Positions 7,773-14,961 of a DNA stretch of 20,000 nucleotides are shown piece after piece. Both the position numbers and the translations under genes were made by a program. Below the pieces are notes generated by a model. The model ran no database searches. It had not been told where the DNA came from and saw only the letters and a program-made list of their open reading frames with translations. The stretch is taken from positions 57,987 through 77,986 of the IMG/VR virus record IMGVR_UViG_3300042389_000736. One strand, 5' to 3'. The stretch comes from an uncultured virus (IMG/VR IMGVR_UViG_3300042389_000736) (Duplodnaviria; Heunggongvirae; Uroviricota; Caudoviricetes). Position 1 is the stretch's first letter, and the number at the start of each line of letters is the position of its first letter.

Positions 7773-7810
7773 AAAATATCAATAGTAATAATACTCACGA
7801 GGGGCTAGTA

Positions 7811-8047
7811 ATGGTAGGCGTAACTGGTGACAACCAGCAATTCAATAAAGTTGCTGGGAAGTGGTACGGCGTGTATGTCGATGGCGACGGGTATGTAGCC
7901 GGGAAGTGCAAGACTGCCAATTCCGTTTCGGCGGTTTACAAGTTCGAAGACGGAACCTCTGCCGAGGTTTCCGATAGTAAAGTGTACGTCGGTCCTGAAG
8001 ACAAGGCCATCGACGTCTGGTTCGCTCTAAAGCGCAAGTTCGGTTAA
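7811..8047 (+). CDS. Small hypothetical beta-rich protein
   Basis: 78-aa ORF with a GAGGGG RBS. Confidence 0.65.
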   Translation: MVGVTGDNQQFNKVAGKWYGVYVDGDGYVAGKCKTANSVSAVYKFEDGTSAEVSDSKVYVGPEDKAIDVWFALKRKFG

Positions 8048-8063
8048 GAAGAAAGGAAACAAA

Positions 8064-8495
8064 ATGGGACTGTTCAGTTGGCTGTTCGGTAAGAAGAAAG
8101 CGCAGCAACCCTCCAAACAGGAGATCGAGAAGGTCATGCCTGCTCCGAAGCCTGTAGTCCGTACCGTAGAGCGGGCACCTCAGCGTCAATCCGCTCCGAC
8201 CCACATCCCGAGTCGTCCGACGCCATCGAAGCCGGTTCAGGTTCAGCGGACCCATGATGCTCGTCGTCGCCGTGACGATGACGACGATACATCTGCGTTC
8301 TCCATTCAGAACCAGATACTCTTCTCGGCGGCGTCGGACGACACTCCCTCCCGCTCTTCGAGCTACCACGGTTCATCTAGCAGCTGCCACTCCAGCAGCT
8401 ACAGTGACCACTCGTCGTCGCATCACTCCTCTTCCCACGACTCTTCCTCTTCTTCCTGCGATTCGAGCTCCAGCAGCTCGTGCGGATGCGATTGA
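8064..8495 (+). CDS. Hypothetical protein with a Ser/His/Cys-rich low-complexity C-terminus
   Basis: MGLFSWLFGKKK amphipathic N-terminus and an SSSSCDSSSSSSCGCD tail. RBS AAAGGA. Confidence 0.75.
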   Translation: MGLFSWLFGKKKAQQPSKQEIEKVMPAPKPVVRTVERAPQRQSAPTHIPSRPTPSKPVQVQRTHDARRRRDDDDDTSAFSIQNQILFSAASDDTPSRSSSYHGSSSSCHSSSYSDHSSSHHSSSHDSSSSSCDSSSSSSCGCD

Positions 8496-8503
8496 GGTCA
8501 AAC

Positions 8504-8956
8504 ATGGGAAAGAAAGACCAGCGCACGATAGACGATCTGTATGAGGTCATGGAAGCGATCCTGAAAGAGCAGCAGATGATCAAGAAGCTCCTTGAGAGCA
8601 ACCATGCTCCAGCAACTCAGGCGCAGACGTCTCAAAGAGTGTTCCCGAAAGGGAAGTACAAGGGGAAGACGCCAGCTCAGGTTCTGGACATCGAGCCGAG
8701 CTACATCGAGTTCATCTACAAGACGTACATCCTCCAGCAGAACGCTCATTCCGCTGACTGGAGCATGGTGACCGAAGATCACTACAACGCTGCCCTCTCT
8801 CGTGGAGCCGGTGGAAGGACTCCGGGTTCCGGGATGACCACCGGCGCTCCGGCAAGGGCGACCGTGATGGACGAAGAAGACGCTCCCCCTCCGAGCAAGA
8901 AGAAGAAGCCTGTTCCGAAGCCTCCAGAGTTTCTGGGCGACGACATCCCCTTCTGA
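8504..8956 (+). CDS. Protein with an exodeoxyribonuclease X C-terminal-like (FGKYKG) domain and an SSB-like DDIPF tail
   Basis: Contains 'VFPKGKYKGKTPAQVLDIEPSYIEFI' and ends 'EFLGDDIPF'. GAGGT RBS before ATG 8504. Confidence 0.7.
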   Translation: MGKKDQRTIDDLYEVMEAILKEQQMIKKLLESNHAPATQAQTSQRVFPKGKYKGKTPAQVLDIEPSYIEFIYKTYILQQNAHSADWSMVTEDHYNAALSRGAGGRTPGSGMTTGAPARATVMDEEDAPPPSKKKKPVPKPPEFLGDDIPF

Positions 8957-8962
8957 CAAGCG

Positions 8963-8993
8963 ACGAGTGACTCCGGTCACTCGTTTTTTTTTT
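8963..8993 (+). terminator. Intrinsic terminator
   Basis: ACGAGTGAC-TCCG-GTCACTCGT followed by a long T run. Confidence 0.92.
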
Positions 8994-9016
8994 CCGTGAT
9001 AACGTCAGGCTTCGAC

Positions 9017-9028
9017 ATATATGATTAG
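9017..9028 (+). promoter_or_regulatory. Putative phage promoter element ATATATGATTAG
   Basis: 11/12 identical to the 5760-5771 motif. Located after a terminator and ~35 nt before a GGAGG-RBS gene. Confidence 0.45.
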
Positions 9029-9061
9029 GGTGTAGTAACTTTCGTAACACTGGAGGAATTT

Positions 9062-9328
9062 ATGGAAAGTGTCAACAAGACCTGGGACGACGTCGCAGTC
9101 GGCTCGATGGTCCGACTGAAGAAGGATCTGTACTACGTCAACACCGACAAGTTGGCCGAGTACAGTCTCGTGACAAAGAAAGAGATCGACGATGCGACCG
9201 ACCTCGCTCATCCAGAAGGTAGCGTGTTCATCTTCGGAGAAGGCTCCGTCCTCTCCGGCGAGTCCGGCGAGATCGAGGTCAGCGGGGATTTCGAGTCCGA
9301 CGTCTATGAGGTCGTCGTCGTAAGCTAG
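9062..9328 (+). CDS. Small acidic hypothetical protein
   Basis: 88-aa ORF with a strong GGAGG RBS. Confidence 0.75.
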   Translation: MESVNKTWDDVAVGSMVRLKKDLYYVNTDKLAEYSLVTKKEIDDATDLAHPEGSVFIFGEGSVLSGESGEIEVSGDFESDVYEVVVVS

Positions 9329-9337
9329 GGGCAGAAA

Positions 9338-10459
9338 ATGGTATCACTGTTATTGATAGTAGCTTTCCCGCTGTGCTGGCCCTTCATCGCAAAGATGATC
9401 TGGGGTCGTAGCCTCAACTGGCAGGAGATGGCGATCAACGTTGCGGTCGCTGTCGCTCTGGCAGGAGGAACCTATTGGGCTGGTCTAGCTTACCAAACTA
9501 TGGACCGGGAGGTATGGAACGGCGAAGTAGTCTCGAAGACAAGGGAAGAAGTCTCTTGCAGCCACTCGTACTCCTGCAACTGCAAGCAGGTGTGCTCCGG
9601 CTCTGGCAAGGACCGCTCCTGTTCTACGTCGTGCGATACGTGTTATGAGCACATCAACGACTACGACTGGGTGCTGAAGACGAACGTCAAGGAGGACATC
9701 GACATCGACCGCGTCGACCGTCAGGGGGTCCACATGCCGCCACGCTTTGCAGCTGCAAAGGCGGGCGATCCGGTTGCGGTGACGAAGATGTTCACCAACT
9801 ACGTCAAAGCCGTTCCGGAATCGCTCTTCAACGTGGACAAGGGGATGCAGCACGAGGCCAGCTTTGCTGGTATGCTCCCTGAGTATCCTCTCAGCGTGTA
9901 TGACTACCACTACCTGAATCGGGCGATATCGGTCGGTGTGCCGGTGCCTGACATCCAGCAGTGGAATATTGATATAGCCAATACGCTGAAGAAGCTCGGC
10001 CCCTCCAAGCAGGCCAACCTGATCGTGCTCTTCGTCAAGTCCAGCGACCCCAACTACGTCTATGCTCTTCAGAAGCACTGGCTTGGCGGGAAGAAGAACG
10101 ACGTCGTAGTCATGCTCGGCTCGACCGAGTACCCCAAGCTCGACTGGGTGCGGGTGATGTCGTGGACTGACGAAGAGATCTTCAAGGTCACTCTCAGGGA
10201 CTCCTTGCAAGACCTTGAGTTCATCAACCGTGAGAGGATGATCCCGATCATCTCTGACACAACCGTCAAGCTTTTCAAGAGAAAGCACATGAGGGACTTC
10301 GAGTACCTCAAGACGGAAATCGAACCTCCGACGTGGGTCATGGCACTAGCCGTGGCTCTCGGCGTCATCAGCAGTCTGCTGCTGTCGATGCACTTCGCAG
10401 GCAAACTAGACGGGCTCTTCCGTCGCAAGCGTTTCACACCTCGTAACTACTACCGCTGA
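9338..10459 (+). CDS. Membrane protein with a Cys-rich periplasmic segment and a TPM-like domain
   Basis: Two N-terminal TM helices and one C-terminal TM helix. Contains CSHSYSCNCKQVC...CSTSCDTCYEH and 'LIVLFV...YALQKHWLGGKKNDVVVMLG', which resembles the TPM-domain W-x-G...N-x-V motif. Confidence 0.7.
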   Translation: MVSLLLIVAFPLCWPFIAKMIWGRSLNWQEMAINVAVAVALAGGTYWAGLAYQTMDREVWNGEVVSKTREEVSCSHSYSCNCKQVCSGSGKDRSCSTSCDTCYEHINDYDWVLKTNVKEDIDIDRVDRQGVHMPPRFAAAKAGDPVAVTKMFTNYVKAVPESLFNVDKGMQHEASFAGMLPEYPLSVYDYHYLNRAISVGVPVPDIQQWNIDIANTLKKLGPSKQANLIVLFVKSSDPNYVYALQKHWLGGKKNDVVVMLGSTEYPKLDWVRVMSWTDEEIFKVTLRDSLQDLEFINRERMIPIISDTTVKLFKRKHMRDFEYLKTEIEPPTWVMALAVALGVISSLLLSMHFAGKLDGLFRRKRFTPRNYYR

Positions 10460-10479
10460 GCGGTAAAGGAACCAAAGCA

Positions 10480-11052
10480 ATGAACAAGACCATCGCAATC
10501 ATCGGCGGGATCATCCTCGTCCTCTTCCTCGGCATCGCCGCAATCTGTGGCGTCAGCTACATCTCCGCCAGCAACAGCGGCAACCGCATGGAGCAGCAGC
10601 TCAAGGCGGAGTGGGAGAACAACAAGAACATTCTGGCGTCGTACAGCCAGAAGATCGTCGAAGCTTCTCAGGTCCCCGACATGATGAAGGACGACCTGAA
10701 GGCTGTAGTCAATGACGCCATCCAAGCCCGCTACGGCAAGGACGGCTCGAAGGCCATGTTCCAGATGATCCACGAGCAGAACCCCAATCTGGATCCTGCT
10801 CTGTACCGCAAGCTGCAGCAGCTGATCGAGAGCGGTCGCGACGAGTTCAAGAACTCTCAGACCCGCTTCATCGATGTGAAGCGCAACTACGAGACTCAGC
10901 TCGGCTACTTCTGGGGTGGCATGTGGCTCCGCATGGCTGGCTATCCGAAGATCAATCTGGCCGACTACAAGATCGTCACCACCGACGCAACTGAAGAAGC
11001 CTTCCGCACTGGTCGCGACAAGCCGATCCAGCTGCGTCCGGCAAAGCAGTAA
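10480..11052 (+). CDS. LemA-like membrane-anchored coiled-coil protein
   Basis: Single N-terminal TM anchor, then helical 'SYISASNSGNRMEQQLKAEWENNKNIL...LYRKLQQLIESGRDEFKNSQTRFIDVKRNYETQLGYFWGGMWLRMAGY', a LemA-like pattern. RBS AAGGA. Confidence 0.65.
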   Translation: MNKTIAIIGGIILVLFLGIAAICGVSYISASNSGNRMEQQLKAEWENNKNILASYSQKIVEASQVPDMMKDDLKAVVNDAIQARYGKDGSKAMFQMIHEQNPNLDPALYRKLQQLIESGRDEFKNSQTRFIDVKRNYETQLGYFWGGMWLRMAGYPKINLADYKIVTTDATEEAFRTGRDKPIQLRPAKQ

Positions 11053-11063
11053 CCGCTAACGAG

Positions 11064-11098
11064 AACGGCATGGGAACCCCCCATGCCGTTTCTTTTTT
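11064..11098 (+). terminator. Intrinsic terminator
   Basis: AACGGCATGGG-AACCC-CCCATGCCGTT followed by TCTTTTTT. Confidence 0.9.
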
Positions 11099-11110
11099 GG
11101 GAGAATAAGA

Positions 11111-11767
11111 ATGACAAGCAAGACGAGAGGGAGGATACCCTCGATCCAGTATGTGAAAGGAACTACTTGGGGAACCATCGCTGATCACCCGGAGTTCAGG
11201 CAGATGTGGGCCTTCCTCCACGCCCACGGGGAACGGTTCATCTTCGATCGCAAGCTCGACACGTCGATGGGCAAGAAAGAAATGCATGGCAAGTGCATCA
11301 TGGAAGCCCATGTCAACCGATTAGTCTGGCAGGAGAAGGCACCCGACAGTCTCAAAGAGCGCATGCTGAAGATGTACGCCGAAGGTCTCAGCTCGGTGTC
11401 TCCTACCTGCCTCCATGCCTGGAACGTATTGCATTCTACACGCCATGCCAAGGTCTTCGACCGAACATGGGAAGTGGACGCAGACATCGAAGAGAAGGAT
11501 GTCTGGTATCAGGGTGTGCTGTTCGACGAGGAACTATTCGAGTGGGTGCGCTTCAAGCAGCGGGCAGAAGGATTCCAGAGCACGGCTCCCTATCTTACCG
11601 AGGGGTGCTGCGTCCTGACCTACAAGCCACTGCTGGACGGCACGTTCGCAGATTACCCCATGAGGGACGAGGACTACGAGGCTTCATTCGAGTCTCTTGT
11701 CAAATTCATCGACGCGTCCATGCGCGTCGGAGAGATCCAATACGCAAATAGGAACAGAAACAAATGA
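11111..11767 (+). CDS. Putative transglutaminase-like (Cys-His-Asp) enzyme
   Basis: GKCIMEA ... YAEG ... LHAWNV ... VFDRTW ... YQGV give the triad residues in transglutaminase-like order. Confidence 0.55.
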   Translation: MTSKTRGRIPSIQYVKGTTWGTIADHPEFRQMWAFLHAHGERFIFDRKLDTSMGKKEMHGKCIMEAHVNRLVWQEKAPDSLKERMLKMYAEGLSSVSPTCLHAWNVLHSTRHAKVFDRTWEVDADIEEKDVWYQGVLFDEELFEWVRFKQRAEGFQSTAPYLTEGCCVLTYKPLLDGTFADYPMRDEDYEASFESLVKFIDASMRVGEIQYANRNRNK

Positions 11768-12015
11768 TCGAATTCGACATCAACCAACTCTTCACCGTCA
11801 AGCACGGTATGCCGTGGATCCTCTCCGCGATCACCGTGTACATGAGCATCCTCGTCGGGAACCAGAACAAGAAAGCTTGGGCAATCGGCCTAGGCAACCA
11901 GTGCCTCTGGCTTCTTTGGATCGTCGTGGATCAGGCTTGGGGTCTCATCCCCATGAACCTCATCCTGTCGGTGACCTACTTCCGCAATCACATCAAGTGG
12001 AACAAGCAGCAATGA
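11764..12015 (+). CDS. Small 3-TM membrane protein, half-size PnuC-like (nicotinamide riboside transporter family)
   Basis: 83 aa with three hydrophobic segments. 'KKAWAIGLGNQCLW...GLIPMNLILSVTYFRNHIKWNK' fits a single PnuC repeat pattern. Confidence 0.55.
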   Translation: MIEFDINQLFTVKHGMPWILSAITVYMSILVGNQNKKAWAIGLGNQCLWLLWIVVDQAWGLIPMNLILSVTYFRNHIKWNKQQ

Positions 12016-12242
12016 CAACGCTATACAAGAGAAGCCTCCGCCATCGGCCACCCATGACTGGCGGGTTATGGCTCACCATCGTCTCGGCTGTCTATCTGGC
12101 CGTTGGTATCTTCAACTTCGCAATGCCCTTCATGGCAATCGAGTTCATCCAAGCGGTCTACTGCTTGGTGCTCGCCTTACCGCTGTTCGTGCCGCCTCTG
12201 GCCCGAGCCTTCAACGTCAAGTGTCTCATAGGAGAGAAGTGA
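12012..12242 (+). CDS. Small 2-TM membrane protein
   Basis: ATGA overlap with the previous stop. 76 aa (MTTLYKRS...) with two hydrophobic helices. Confidence 0.65.
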   Translation: MTTLYKRSLRHRPPMTGGLWLTIVSAVYLAVGIFNFAMPFMAIEFIQAVYCLVLALPLFVPPLARAFNVKCLIGEK

Positions 12243-12244
12243 TC

Positions 12245-12952
12245 ATGAGCAACCACGAATGGATCCGTCCGTCCAAGCGGCTCCCGAAGCCCTACGAAGA
12301 GGTCCGCATCCTGTACGAGGGCGTGTCCCGCATCGCCCGCCTCGGCCACGACTCGAAGTCCTTCCAGCTGGCCTCCTTCAAGTGCGACAACAAGTACCAG
12401 TACTTGATTCCGGTGGAGCGCGTTGATTACTGGATGGTGTTGCCCTTCCCCGAACCTCCGGTGGAACCCAAAGAAGTCGATGCTAGTTCTCCGTGCAAGG
12501 GAGAGTCCTTCATGGAGTTCGTCCACGACGCCCTGACCTCTGTGTACGACGATCTCTCCAAGGCTTACTACCTCATAATCGCGGCCCTTCCCGATGATGT
12601 ATGCGAGGACGTAAAGGTCGGAAACCGGCAGGATATCGAGCGAACTTCGCGTCTGGTGGACCCGATGCTGGACCCGATCGGCAAGATCGGCGGCATCATG
12701 CAGTTCGTCGAGAAGAACCTGAAGACCGCTGAGCTGTCCGTCGACGACTGGGCTGAGCTGCACCGTCTCAGGGAAGAGATCAAGGGTCCGGAGGGATACG
12801 CAACGTGGAAGGACGCCGCAGTGGACGAGAAGGTCAAGCGCATCAAGCTTGAGAAGATCATGGAAGGCGTCAACGAGAGACTCGATTCCCTCGTCAACGT
12901 CGCTCGCCAATCCAAGAAAGTCGAAGGAACCAAGAAAGGAACCGAGCAATGA
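12245..12952 (+). CDS. DUF551-like N-terminal domain plus helical hypothetical domain
   Basis: EWIRPSKRLPKPYEEVRI...RVDYWMVLPFPEPP is the W..P...W.P.P.P pattern of DUF551-type phage domains. AGGAG RBS lies upstream. Confidence 0.6.
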   Translation: MSNHEWIRPSKRLPKPYEEVRILYEGVSRIARLGHDSKSFQLASFKCDNKYQYLIPVERVDYWMVLPFPEPPVEPKEVDASSPCKGESFMEFVHDALTSVYDDLSKAYYLIIAALPDDVCEDVKVGNRQDIERTSRLVDPMLDPIGKIGGIMQFVEKNLKTAELSVDDWAELHRLREEIKGPEGYATWKDAAVDEKVKRIKLEKIMEGVNERLDSLVNVARQSKKVEGTKKGTEQ

Positions 12953-13494
12953 GCCACTACACATCCAAGGAGTTCGCCGAGAAGCCGATCTCCGAGATCT
13001 TATCCCTACTGTCCAGCCAGAAGATCGTCTCCTTCGACTACAAGACGGGATGGGGCGACTACGAGGGCAACATGGAGTTCGACGAGCTGGAGATCACCTT
13101 CGAGGACGGCACTGTCATCTCCGAGATCGAAGGCTACAACAACATCTTCGAGACTCTATCCTACGACAAGCTCTCCTTAGCCCACAAGGTCCAAACTTCG
13201 GCAGACTTCGCAGGGTGGTACCTCTACCAGCTGGTCGACGAAGACAGTATCGTGATCTTCAAGCGTGGCGGTCGCAACATGTTCGAAGAGTACAAGCAAC
13301 TGTACCCCAACCACGATTCCGTCAACGACTGGTCCCCGGAATACCTGACGGAAGAGGCAGTCCAGCCGCTCCGGCTGCACGACGACAGACTGCAGCAGCT
13401 GAGGGACGCGGGATACCCGGACGCGGCAGAAGAGATACTGCACCTCCGTCAGCTAGCAGGAGTCGTCGGACTGATACGAGCACGGAGACAGTGA
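12949..13494 (+). CDS. Acidic hypothetical protein
   Basis: 181-aa ORF with an ATGA overlap and an AAGGA RBS. Confidence 0.75.
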   Translation: MSHYTSKEFAEKPISEILSLLSSQKIVSFDYKTGWGDYEGNMEFDELEITFEDGTVISEIEGYNNIFETLSYDKLSLAHKVQTSADFAGWYLYQLVDEDSIVIFKRGGRNMFEEYKQLYPNHDSVNDWSPEYLTEEAVQPLRLHDDRLQQLRDAGYPDAAEEILHLRQLAGVVGLIRARRQ

Positions 13495-13609
13495 AGAACT
13501 AGGAGTACGACTGGGCTCCACGGGGTCTAAACCGGAGGCGGATGCACGGAGTGACGACAAGTACTTTGTCAGAAGCTTCCGGTCTAAACTTAAGGATTAA
13601 AGAAAGGAG

Positions 13610-14329
13610 TTGATGATAGTGGGCAAGAAGAAAAGTAATATGGGACGTAAACCTATCCGTGTCGGGGAGAAGCACAGATTGCCCTCGGGCACGATGGTTC
13701 GGGTCCGGAGGGTCGAGGCGGTGTCGAACCCGAACTTCGTCTACGCACGGATAGTTGGCAAGGCACTGCCCGTACTGAAGGGAATACACTCGGACGACCT
13801 GAGAGTCTTCCGCGACGACCTGACGGCATCGGTGTTGGGCAGGATGAAAGACTGCCCAACGATGACGTGGGAGGAAGCTAGGAAGACTCCTCCTAAAGAG
13901 GTCGGAATCGATCTCCACAGACAACGAGAATCCTTGCAGCCGCCGCCGACTAAGTGCCATTGGGTGTCGTTAAAGCAAGAGTGGACGATGTACGGGGAGA
14001 AGTCGAAGCCATACTACTACGCCGTCAACATTGCAGTCCAGCAACCGTCCAACAGGCCGATGGTCATGGAGAACCGGTTCCTACTGGACGTCATGAAGGT
14101 GGTGGTGGACGGAGAACCCTTCCCGAAGGACATGGACGTGGGGGAGCGGCGCAGGCTGCTCTACCTGCTGGACGAGTCGTTCGAGGAGGACCCGATGTAC
14201 TTCAACCAGTTCATGGTAGAGATCCACAACTACGAGCCACTTCTGAGGGAGATAGAAACGGTGGAGTTGTCCCTGTCGAAGACCCTGAACGCGATGCGTA
14301 AGGAGGCTCTGAGGAGGAAGAAATCATGA
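13610..14329 (+). CDS. Hypothetical protein (start uncertain, 13610-13640)
   Basis: Long ORF preceded by AAAGGAG and coupled to the next ORF by ATGA. Confidence 0.7.
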   Translation: MMIVGKKKSNMGRKPIRVGEKHRLPSGTMVRVRRVEAVSNPNFVYARIVGKALPVLKGIHSDDLRVFRDDLTASVLGRMKDCPTMTWEEARKTPPKEVGIDLHRQRESLQPPPTKCHWVSLKQEWTMYGEKSKPYYYAVNIAVQQPSNRPMVMENRFLLDVMKVVVDGEPFPKDMDVGERRRLLYLLDESFEEDPMYFNQFMVEIHNYEPLLREIETVELSLSKTLNAMRKEALRRKKS

Positions 14330-14520
14330 ACGAAGACGATACGATAACCGACGCCGACCGTCTACTGTGGGCGATGACGTGCATGTGCGACCACAACTAC
14401 CGGGAGTTCTCGTCCCACGTACTCAGGGTGGGAGGGACCGGAGACCTGGACGACTGCAGGACGTTCGTCGATGGGAAGATACGAGAGTCGAGGCTGAAGA
14501 ATGCCAAGGCAGTGGTCTAG
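14326..14520 (+). CDS. Small hypothetical protein
   Basis: 64 aa with an ATGA overlap and a GAGGAGG RBS. Confidence 0.6.
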   Translation: MNEDDTITDADRLLWAMTCMCDHNYREFSSHVLRVGGTGDLDDCRTFVDGKIRESRLKNAKAVV

Positions 14521-14884
14521 GTTCTCCGACAACGGCTACGAGGTGTCCTCCAAGGGGGACACCCGGTTCAGCGCCCTGTACGCCAGACTCAGGGACGGCA
14601 GGACGATCGAGCAGGCTTACCAGCTGGACGTGAAGGGCTACCGAGTCTGCACCGACGACTGGCGTCACGCCAAGGGGAAGCCGCCGCTGAGGGAGGGAGT
14701 CGATCTCTGGGCGGAGTACAGGGGACTGTGGGAGCAGTGGGCGTCGGAGAACCCGAGGAAGATGGAAGTCCTCCGGAGGCTGTCGAGAGGGAAGACACTG
14801 ACAGACATGTTCGCCACCACAGACGTATCCCAAGCTAGGGCCTTGGCGGAGATCCTCGACGAAACGGAGGAAGAGGAGACCTGA
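14501..14884 (+). CDS. Conserved phage protein, possibly NADAR-like
   Basis: Motifs YEVSSKGDTRFSAL, TIEQAYQLDVKG, LWEQWASENP and LTDMFA...SQARAL. The ExxYQxxxK element is reminiscent of the NADAR fold. Confidence 0.55.
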   Translation: MPRQWSRFSDNGYEVSSKGDTRFSALYARLRDGRTIEQAYQLDVKGYRVCTDDWRHAKGKPPLREGVDLWAEYRGLWEQWASENPRKMEVLRRLSRGKTLTDMFATTDVSQARALAEILDETEEEET

Positions 14885-14895
14885 CACGGTCCAGG

Positions 14896-14933
14896 AAGAA
14901 TATATCGGCTTCTCGTCGATATATTCTTTTTTT
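14896..14933 (+). terminator. Intrinsic terminator
   Basis: AAGAATATATCGGC-TTCTC-GTCGATATATTCTT followed by a T run (one G-U pair in the stem). Confidence 0.8.
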
Positions 14934-14961
14934 GATGGAATTTCATACGAAGGGGAAGAGA

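Noticed and set aside
8330..8490. Repetitive TCC/TCT/AGC tract considered as a tandem repeat or CRISPR array
   Set aside because: It is explained by poly-Ser coding and has no constant repeat-spacer structure. No CRISPR array was seen anywhere in the window.
11697..12242. ORF-track N-terminal extensions (starts at 11697, 12068, 15573, 17644, 8480)
   Set aside because: They overlap upstream genes. Downstream ATGs with an RBS or ATGA coupling (12012, 12245, 15612, 17710, 8504) are better supported.
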